The translations under genes and the position numbers were made by a program. A stretch of 64,000 nucleotides of DNA, taken from NCBI RefSeq assembly GCF_009834535.1, contig NC_045696.1:45820001-45884000 (forward strand), in the 5' to 3' direction. The notes below the pieces were generated by a model. The model saw only the letters and a list, made by a program, of their open reading frames with translations. It was not told where the DNA came from and searched no databases. This DNA is from Camelus ferus. Its lineage: Eukaryota. Of this stretch, positions 54,439 to 64,000 are shown piece after piece (the first letter of the stretch is position 1; every line of letters starts with the position of its first letter).

Positions 54439-55540
54439 GAATGATCATGTATTGAATACCTACTATGTGCCATATTGTTTGTTAGTTTTATTTCTTAAAG
54501 CGTGACAATTACAGTCATATTTAATCACACGCATTTACTTCAGAGTGTTCTTGTTGCATGTATCATGACTAAGATACAATACCATCTTTCTAGAAAATCA
54601 GTGCAGCTTCCCCATGAAACCATCTTGCAGAGGTAGATAAATCATGCTCAGGGTTTATGAAGAGTTCCACATGATGCTCACTTTAAGCCAATCTGGGATC
54701 TTGTCCTAATAACTATTGAAGTGGGCTAGGGAGATCTTTCAACATCAGAGACTGAAGTGGAAGTGTCAATCCACATATGGGATCTGCAGTGATGGAGGAT
54801 GGAGGATATTATTATTTGGCATTATTTGTTTAAACTTGCTGGCAAGGATCATACAAACAGATGCTGCATACACAGCAATCTAGTTAAAGAGTATGGCTAT
54901 TTTTCTGAACAGAATAGCAATTATTTTCAATTTCAGTTATCATTCCTTGGCTAGTAGAGAACATTTTTTATATATAATATTATCAGAAGACACATATGAT
55001 TATTTATAAAATCTGTATGAAATAAAACATCATGCAATAACACTCACATATCCACCACCCTAGTTAAAGAAGCTGACATTTTCTTTCTCCTCTGATATAA
55101 CTGTGAGAGTCTGAGAAGTGCCTTGAAGGAAGGTTCAGATATATGAGTCACCAAACAGAAGACTGAGTCAATTAAAACTGGACAAGACTTTGTGTAAACT
55201 ACAGAACAAAATGTGTCTGTGCTGACCTGTGTTTCATACCTCTTACCTCTGACACCTACCCTCTCTGGTTGCAAAATCAGCTCATCTTTTAAACACAACT
55301 TATAGCTATTCAATGGAATAGACCTCTTTGTCTTTGTGTGAATGTGGGTTAGAGATGCCTCTATGAGATGCCTCTATGAGATGTCCAGTTTCCCCATATA
55401 GGACCTGCTTCCCAGCTGCCTGGTTGTGGATTCTCCCCATTTGATATTCTATTCCATTCTCTAAGCTCAGCAGTGCCAGCCTGCAGCAATAATACCAGGA
55501 GTAATGGTGAAACACTGGAAAACTATAGAAGAAATAGGAA

Positions 55541-55897
55541 CTTATCTTATTCCATTCAGGCTACTACAACAAAAATGCCACAGACTGGATGGCTTAAGAA
55601 AACATTTACTTCTCATGGTTCTGGAGGCTGGGAAGTCCTAGGTGAAGGCACCAGCAGATCAGGTTTCTGGTGAGGCCCACTTTCTGGTTCACAGATGGCT
55701 GTTTCCTCTGTGTAGCCTCACATGGCAGAAGAGACAAGGGAGCTCTCTGGATTCCCTTTTGTAAGATACTAATCCATGCAGGAGGGACCTATGCTTATAA
55801 CCTAATCACCCTCAAATGTTCCATCTTCACACTGGGAGGTCAGGATTTCAACATATGAATGTGGGGGGAGAGAACCACAAACATTCAGTCTATAGCA
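55541..55897 (-). mobile_element. MaLR LTR (MLT1A-like)
   Basis: ccattcaggctactacaacaaaa...ttctggaggctgggaagtcc...cctaatcacc...caaacattcagtctatagca. Confidence 0.85.
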
Positions 55898-55945
55898 AAA
55901 CCCTCAGCCCCAAAGTATTTAACATAGAATGCCTCCGAGAGGGGA

Positions 55946-56373
55946 TGCATTAGTTTCCTAGGGCTTTCATGATGCTTGGTAGCTTCAAATGACAGAAATG
56001 TACTCTCACAGTTCTGAAGCTCAGAAATCTGAAATCAAGGTGTCTGCCAAGGCCATTCTCCTTTTGAAGACTCCAAGGGAGAATACATTGCTTGCTTCTT
56101 TCAGCTCCTGGTGAATCCAGGCATTCCTTGGCTTGTGGCCACATCACTTTGTAGTCACCTTGCCTTGTCCTCTTCTGTCTCATCTCTGCCTCTGCCTCCC
56201 AGTTATACGAATACATGTGATTGCATTTAAGACTCAACTGGATCATCCAGGCTAAGCTCCTCCCATCAAAATCTTACCTTAACCATATCTTTTGCCATAT
56301 TAGGTAATACTGGCAAGTTCTAGGGATTAGGATGTGGATATATCTTTTGGGGAAGTGTCATCAGCCTCCTGCA
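55946..56373 (-). mobile_element. MaLR LTR (MLT1B/C-like)
   Basis: tgcattagtttcctagggc...ctcacagttctgaagctcagaaatctgaaatcaaggtgtc...gggattaggatgtggatatatctttt. Confidence 0.85.
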
Positions 56374-56879
56374 GAGGATGATCATTTAAATGCCTAAAGT
56401 AGAATCATTAACAAACACCAACAAAACTAGCCAGAGCCTTCAGACATAAAACTTGGGAGAAAGCTGCTAGACAGACCTCCCAAGACCTCTCCACAATCTG
56501 CTACTGGAACCAATCTTACCCCAAATTAAGTCCAGCATGCTGGTGCCAGAAGTAGTAAAATAGCTTATGACACTTGATAGATCTACTTTTTCAGGATAAT
56601 CTTATTTTTCAAATACCTTTTGTATCTGGCTTGTCATCTTATAACATAAAGATAAATCATGGGCTTTTTTTTGCTCAGAAATTGAGTTCATTTCTGTGAT
56701 AATTGTTATTATGACTAGTAAGATATTCATGGTAAATACTTAATTTTTAAATTTTATTCTGCTATTAGAAAAAGCATTTAACCTCTGGGTTTCAGTTTCC
56801 TCAACTACTAACACCATTCAACTATACGCTTTGTTATGTTACAGGAATCATACAATAAACTAGTTTGTGAGGGAAAGAA

Positions 56880-58330
56880 AACATAATGGCTGAAAATAAC
56901 CCATAATTAATGGAAAACAAGGAGTCCTGTATTTAAGAATATATATAAAACATAACTGAAATAACCAGACACTTAAACAAACAAAAAAATCTTCAAAGCA
57001 CCCCCCCCAAAAAGACAGGTCATTTTCAAGAAAACAAAAACAGACTTAGAATACTGCTCATTAGCAGTAATAGAGGAAGAAGACAATGAATCTTCCAACT
57101 ACTGAGTTAAAATATTCAAACTAAAATTCTATGCTTACCTAAACTACAATTCAGAAGTAAAGAAAAAGAAAAAACATTTTCAGCTTTTACAAAATTACCA
57201 CTCACACATACTTATTAAAGAAATGATTAGAAAACATAATTCAGAAGAAGGTTAAAAATTTATGTTAATAAAGGAAGGAGTAGGATGTAAGAAGCAGTGG
57301 TAGGCAAAGAAATTAGCAAGCATGAATAAATCTAATCAAGCATTAATTGTTCAAAAGCTAAGAATAATTACTAATCTGGGGACAAAAATTAGGAGCAAAT
57401 AAAATATGAAAAAATGATAGCTAATGTATTTCTACGTACTAGAAATTCTTTAAAGTGTTTTATATGTTAATTAGTTTAATTCCCATAACAAATCTATGGG
57501 ATAGTTAGTATAACACCCTTAGTAACAGATGTAAAAACCAGGCCAAAATACACTAAGCAACTTGCCTAGGAAATCACAGCTGGCAAGTAGCAGACCCAGA
57601 ATTTGAACCTAGGAGTCTATACAGTTAGTATTCTATACTGCCACTATGAATTAGTAACATAGAGGAGATATCTGAGAAAATTACCAAAAAACCCAATAAT
57701 AATATGTAATATGGAGAAGAATGATTGGAGTTACAGTTTTTCAATTTTCTTGTATCACTTTGGGAGAGATTAGAGATCCTGATTAAAGTTAGACATCACT
57801 AATATAAATAAATAAAACAAACAAGGTCTCATGTATTGCTAGCAGAAAATGGTGTGGTATTATTAGGTAAATTTGAAAATATGTATACCCTATGACCCAA
57901 CACTTCTGCACCTAAGTATGTATGAGAAACTCTGGTGCACATATGCACCAGGAGATAAATACATGTATATTCATGGAAACAGTGTATGTAACAGAGCAAA
58001 ACTATAAACATTAAAAATGCCTATTGCAAGGAGAACGGAATTAAAATTTTGGTATACTCAAATAATGCAATGTAATCCTGCAGTGAAAATAATTAAACTA
58101 TAGCAACCCACAATAATAGGGATAAAATACAGTACATTATAATTAACTAAGCAAGAAGTTTCATAAACCTGTTAGAATTTTGTTGAATTTTTCAATAATT
58201 AAAATTAATTTATTATTTAGGCATATACATTTAGAGTAAAGCTGTTGGAAAAATTAAGGAAAAGACAAAATTAAGATATGGAAATACAATAAAGGGATGA
58301 GCACATAAGTAAATGACAGTTATTGTCAGT
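56880..58330 (+). mobile_element. Old L1ME-like fragments with a MIR at ~57420-57650
   Basis: ccctatgacccaacacttctgcacctaagtatgtatgagaaactct...gcacatatgcaccaggaga (L1 3' region); MIR core aacttgcctagg...cacagctggcaag. Confidence 0.65.
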
Positions 58331-58400
58331 GTTCTAGCTCTTCAGTTGTTTGAGAGTTTCACCATCATGAACTGGCATGTTCATGACCATTGACAGTTTC

Positions 58401-58473
58401 ATTAATAAATAAATAAATAAATGAATGAATGAATGAATGAATGAATGAATGAATAAATAAATAAATAAATAAA
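58401..58473. repeat. Compound (AAAT)n-(GAAT)n-(AAAT)n repeat
   Basis: Direct reading. Confidence 0.95.
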
Positions 58474-59019
58474 TTGGGCCATGCAAGAGCCAGTGATGAG
58501 AGTGTGTTAATGACAAGAATTATAATTTCTTAAAACCATGAAACTGCATTTCTTCTCCATGGGAAATATAGAGGGATAAGAAGCCATGAGTAGTTGGCCG
58601 TTTGTGTGAGAAGGACCCATAGAAAAAGGGAAAAGTAGTCAAAAATGAGATAATGTTGGGGCTGGGTATTAAATATCACACATTCTTTTTACTCACAGAA
58701 ATCACTCTATTAAGCATTAGTGGAAGAAAACTGAGTTTCCTGCATTCAATTTTCAATTCTGCTACTAAATCATTCTATGATCTCATGGACATAAAGGGAT
58801 AATTGTACTTCACTTCACAGCTGTGCAGTGTCTTTCAGACATGTCTATTAATTCATACTCTTTATAATATTATACCTGTGAAATTACAATATAGTAATAT
58901 TTCTTACTACTAAGTACCTAATAAGTACTCATTAAAACTTAGCCATTATTATTGTTATTGTCATTATTAATAGTGATGTCATTCAGTGTATTTTTTTAAG
59001 CATGAAAAAGTTACCATCT

Positions 59020-59200
59020 ATAATGTGTTGGATCTCAAATGTTATTCAGCATAAGAATTTCCTGAGGGTCTTGGTAAAATGCAGAATTCCTCTGGTTATT
59101 CAGATTCCTCTGTTCTGGGATAAAGTAGAAAGATTTACAATTGCAAAAACCTACCCAGACAATTATAATGCAGATGGTCCTCAGTCAATATTCTCAAAAA
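59020..59200. mobile_element. MER5A-like hAT element
   Basis: gcataagaatttcctgagggtcttggtaaaatgcagaattcc...aatgcagatggtcc. Confidence 0.55.
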
Positions 59201-60887
59201 CATATAGGAGGACCAAAGCATGTGTCAAACAGTTAACCAAGAATTTCTGTGCAACCCAATATACTTGCTAATCTAATCATGTGAGCCAGGCTGCAGGCAT
59301 CTCTAACCCATCACATTATGATCTGGGCTGATTTAAGAAAATATGTATGGATTCTAGCTCCAAATTATCAAATTTAATCCTGAAGGTCACAAGGGAGTTA
59401 GTTCTCTTTAATCTGGAGAAAGTTCTGAGGGGTCTATACTAAGACCTCGTAGTTCACTGGACACTGATGACAGCCCCTTTTCCAAAAATGTCAGAGACTC
59501 CTACAGAAGCTAAGCATGTAAGCCAGCATTAGGCATCAAGATCAACTAGGACATGTCTAATCCATCCTTTGAGAATTAAGAAGCTTTCACAGAGGAGGTA
59601 AATCTTGAACAAAAGCCGTAAATATGAACTTTAATCTCCTCAACTAGAAGGAAAAGAAAAGCAAAATGAGGGCTCATGGGGTACAGGACATACAGTGCAA
59701 AGACCTTCATGTGACAAAGACCCCAAAATGAGGAACAGCTGGGTGCTGGACCCACTTTAGAATCCTCAGTGCTTCACTCAGCCCTCTAAGATCACCACCC
59801 TGTTACGGTGAAATCTGGAAATACCTCTACACAGGTGCCATTCCCCTATTGAGCATAACTTCCCAATTTATTCAAATGTGCATAAACTAAAATAAAAATT
59901 CATTTCTACTATCAGCTTACAAAAGAGCTGTCTATTACTTGTGCTGCCATGTTTTTCTCTTTTTTCTGAGTTAAATACATGAGTATTTTTAATTGGTTAT
60001 TTTGATTAAAGTTAATTTGAGATAACTTTTAACACTGTCAAAATCCATGGGAGGGTAAAACAAACTTCCAGATATACCACCAAATTAATGCTACAAGTTT
60101 TTCCCTGCATAAGACCCACACCCCCCAGTGACTCTTTCACCCTTAAAATGGTGAGATAGTCTAACAGGAGAGAGCTCCATGTGCAGCCTGGGCGTACATG
60201 CTGTCTTCTCTGTATGTTCTTCCACTCCTCCACTGGTGATCCATCTGAGGGAGCCGGGCATACTGCCCTGGGCATGTTAGATGGAGGGGAACACCACAAA
60301 TGCAAGCTGTATTATTTTGCCCTTTCTTCTATTTTCCTTGAAAGTTATTTTTAAAGGGGAAAGAAAAATGTGCAAGAATAAACTGGTTTAGGATTTGGCT
60401 GTGAGTTTTTGTTCTAAGTTCATTGGTTTTGTTTATTATAAAGAAAAGGTAGAGCTCATGGTCAATTATTGAAGCCATGTGTAAGAGAAGGCCATAAATG
60501 GCAACAGACACCAAACTGCTGGAGAGTAAGGAAGCTAAAAGAATCCCAGAATCCATCTCAGAGAGCAGCTTCCTTCTTAGTGAGTCAAAGACCTGGAGAA
60601 AGGCAAAAAGGATACACTTGCTACTTAGAAATAGTCTAAGAACATCAAGGTGACACCAGGGCTCTGGCTCAGTAAAAAGGGTCCCCTGACATTTCTATTT
60701 GCTGTGGGACTTTCCCTGCTAATGTCTATTGTTCCTGCATAATTATTCATAGTGCTCCCTTTCAACACCCAAAGGTGTCCCAATGTGGATGATAAATTAT
60801 ATGGTCATTCTAGGAATAAACAGTAACAGTAACAGCTAATAATCACTGAGCATCGATGCGCCAAGGCAATAATAAGAGTTTTGGTTC

Positions 60888-62287
60888 AACCACGATGAGA
60901 TATCACCTCACACTTGTTTAATGGCTATCATTAAAAATAAAAGAGATAACAAAAGCTGGTGAGGATGTGGAGAAAAGGGAACCCCTGGGCACTGTAAAAT
61001 TGGTACAACCACATTGGAAAACAGTGTGGAGGCTCCTCAAAAACTTAAAAATAGAACTACTGTATGATTCAGCACTTCCACTTTTGGGTATTTATCTGAA
61101 GGAAACAAAATCATTGTCCCAAAGAAACATCTGCATACCTACGTTCATTACGGCATTATCTACAACTTTTTACAGTGCAAATGTCCATTACAGAATTATT
61201 TCCAAAATATGGAAACAAATTAAGTGTTCAGTGGCAGATGAATGGATAAAGAAATAATGGTGTACACATAGGCATACCTTGGAGATATTGCAGGTTTGGT
61301 TCCAGATTGCAACAATAGAGTAAATATTGCAATAAAATGAGTCATGTGAATTTTTTGGTTTCTCAGTGCATGTAAAAGTTATGTTTACACTACACTGTAA
61401 TCTATTAAGTGTGCAATAGAATTATGTTAAAAATGTACATGCCTTAACTAAAAATATTTTATTGCTAAAAAATGCTAACCATTGTCTGACAATGCAGTGT
61501 CACCACAAAACTTCTCTTTGTAAAAAATGCAGTATCTGTAAGCACAATAAAGTGAAGTGTGATAAAATGAGCTACACCTATATAGTAATAATGGAAAAGT
61601 CTGAAATATCTTGAGAATTAACAAAATGAGATACAGAGACACAAAGTGAGCAAATGCTGTTGGAAAAAAATAGCACCAATAAACTAGCTTGACACAGGGT
61701 TTCACAAACCTTCAATTTGTGAAAAACACAGCTCAGTATCTGTGAAGTCCAATAGAATAAGGCAAGCCTGTATACAATGGAATACTATGCAGCCATGTAA
61801 GAAGAGAAAACCCTGACATTTGCAACAGCATGGATGGATCTTGAGGGCATTATGCTAAGTGAAGTAAGTTAGACAGAGAAAGACAAATGCTGTATGATTT
61901 CACTTATATATGGAATCTAAAAAAAAAGAAAACAACAACAGATCAGATTTGTGGTTGCCAGAGGAGGGGGGTGCTGGGGAATTAGATGAAGGTGGTCAAA
62001 AGGTACAAATTTCCAGCTATAAGATAAATAAGTTCAGGGGCATAAGGTATATAGCACGGTGACTACAGTTAACAATACTGTGCTGTATATTTGGATGTTG
62101 CCAAGAGAGTAGATCTTAAAAGTTCTTTTCACAAGGAAAAAAAACTGTTAACCATGTGAGGTGATGGATGTTAATTAATCTTGTTGTAGTAGTTATTCTG
62201 CAATATATACATACGTCAAATCATTATATTATATACCTTAAGCTAATACAATGTTATATGTCAATTATATCAGTAAAACTGGGGAAA
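60888..62287 (+). mobile_element. L1 3' region (L1MA-like) inserted in a MIR and interrupted by Tigger1
   Basis: ORF 60967-61257 resembles the L1 ORF2 C-terminus (VWRLLKNLKIELLYD...LLGIYLKE); 3' UTR gagagtagatcttaaaagttct...gtgaggtgatgga. Confidence 0.92.
61269..61770 (-). mobile_element. Tigger1-derived non-autonomous element (~500 bp)
   Basis: aggcataccttggagatattgcagg...gcctg-TA; reverse-orientation relative of 44663-45152. Confidence 0.9.
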
Positions 62288-62294
62288 AAGTTTG

Positions 62295-62670
62295 GACTCA
62301 GTCCTCACTTGTTATGCTCAACGCTTATGAAATAGATACTACTTTTATTCTCATTTCACACATGAGAAAACTGAGGTACTGAAAGGTTGAGTAACATGCT
62401 TGGGGTCACAGACTAACAAGCTGCGGAGCCCAGGTTGAATCTCAGTAGAAGGTCTCAAAGCTCTTACATCTAAATACTACTCATACTGCCTTTCAGCTAT
62501 GAGGTGTCTACAAAGCAATGCTTTTCAACTATGAGGGATGAATTATTCTCCCCACTTTACAAATGAGAACAGAGCAAGAGAAAGAAATTCAGCAGCTCTT
62601 CTAGGGTCATAAACTCAGGCAATCTGACTCCAAAGTCTGTGTTCTTAACCTCCATTCTATACTCCTCCTT
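62295..62670 (-). mobile_element. Two MIR fragments
   Basis: catttcacacatgagaaaactgagg and ccactttacaaatgagaa...tctgactccaaagtctgtgttcttaacc. Confidence 0.7.
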
Positions 62671-63176
62671 AAAATATTTCAGAATTTATAGATCCTGCAA
62701 TATTTCAGGAGCCCTTGGAAACTGAAAATTTTCAGAAGGTTGCAAACACATCAGAAAATCAGCAAACCATTCTTTTTCACTCTGGTGATGAGTATTAAAA
62801 TATCACAATAAAACCTCACTCTCAGAGAGAACACAGTCTTGCATTTTTCACAGTTATGTATAAGATAATTCAATGAGAAAATTTTGCTTGGTGTTATAAG
62901 GTGTGGGTTGAATTTGGACCTTGGGCAAGTAATTTTGGGGTGCCTTTGTCTTTCCATATGTGAAAACAGAGGTAATTCTAGGGAAACAATACAGCCTCAA
63001 TAGGAGACTCTCAAAGCCTGTGACTATTCCGTCACAAAAGGGCTTGCCTCCTCTGAGAATCTTAGGTGTGTCGTCTGATTTATCAGCACTTCAACCCAGA
63101 ACCCGGGAGCAACAGCAAGAGGGGTTAATTAAGATCTCCTCTTTCCTATAACTGGCCTCTAATAAGCACACCCTCC

Positions 63177-63794
63177 TGAGACAGCAAGAGGGCAGGGCAC
63201 AGCCACTCAAGGAATGCTACAGCAATTAACATCAAAATGGTGAAAGGTTAGACCTCCAGCAGGCCTTGAGGCTCAAGATGGTGGGAGATTTGACTTCTAG
63301 CAGATCTTGAGCTTCATTATACGCCCATTGTAATATATTAACATGGTGAATAACATGCCCACATGGCAGTCCCAAGGCCAGCCACAAAAGGTCAAAGAGT
63401 GGAAAAAGGCCAACTTCCTGGGAATCCCAGCCCCTTCCCCAGGCTACTGAGACTGGTCCTTCCACTTATTAGCATATGAAGCCACCAATCCCATAAAAAC
63501 TGGCAACACAGTGCCTCACTGCTGCCTCTCTCTCTGTTCGGAGACGGCCGGCACTCTGTCTGTGGAGTGTGTACTTACTTTTAATCTGAGCACCCAAACC
63601 CCACACTTCATGGCCTTTCTCTTGCCTCTCAATGTATCTCTCTGAATAAACCTACCTTTACTCAACTGTGGCTCGCTCTTGAATTCTTTCCTGCGCGAAG
63701 CCAAGGACCCACACTTGGCAGGGCACATCCCAGGAGCTCAACCGAAGCCTGGGACATAGCACGTCTCACGTCCCACATCTGTTTTCTTGCATCA
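63177..63794 (+). mobile_element. Solo LTR, MER41-like (ERV1), relatively young
   Basis: tgagacagc...ttgcatca ends, near-TSD ctcc/cttc, AATAAA at ~63645, MER41-type U5 ctcgctcttgaattctttcctgcgcgaagccaagga; retained CpGs. Confidence 0.85.
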
Positions 63795-64000
63795 CTTCTA
63801 CAGTCACATCTGGAAGTTGCTGTATATAGAACACAGCAGTGGCCACCAACTGCAACATGTGACCCACTGTATTTACAAGCCAGAAATGCAAAATATCCAC
63901 ACATTCCTCCAGACTCTTCTTTGCTCACCAACACATCTGCATGTTGTGAGACTAGTCATATTCTGCCAATTAGGCTAAGAAAGTTTAATCCAAACAGCTG

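Noticed and set aside
1..64000. Promoter CpG island, tRNA/rRNA/snRNA genes, NUMT
   Set aside because: CpG is depleted throughout, and no such sequences were recognised by eye. An Infernal/tRNAscan/BLAST run would be needed to exclude them formally.

Overview
This is AT-rich, repeat-dense placental mammal genomic DNA, not prokaryotic. The 3' ends of the youngest L1s and the absence of CHR/Bov/PRE/Alu-type SINEs point to a camelid (alpaca/camel); this is an inference from recalled consensus sequences. The window is mostly transposon relics: nine ERV1-type solo LTRs (several with readable 4-bp TSDs), MaLR/ERVL LTRs, L1s of several ages (including a ~4-kb internally deleted L1 that keeps both ends), L2, MIR, Tigger and hAT elements, and microsatellites. 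I cannot confidently call any host protein-coding exon, RNA gene, CpG island or CRISPR array. The only recognisable ORFs are broken L1 ORF1/ORF2 pieces. The most notable details are: (1) a perfect 68-bp tandem duplication that doubles a CTCF-like motif; (2) a twin-priming L1 insertion; (3) a speculative chain of in-frame minus-strand micro-exons; (4) a ~370-bp unexplained segment that may be a retrocopy; (5) a MER41-like LTR with a STAT-type site. I found no evidence for a new biological system. Repeat family names are recognised from memory and need RepeatMasker/Dfam confirmation. Boundaries of old repeats are approximate.
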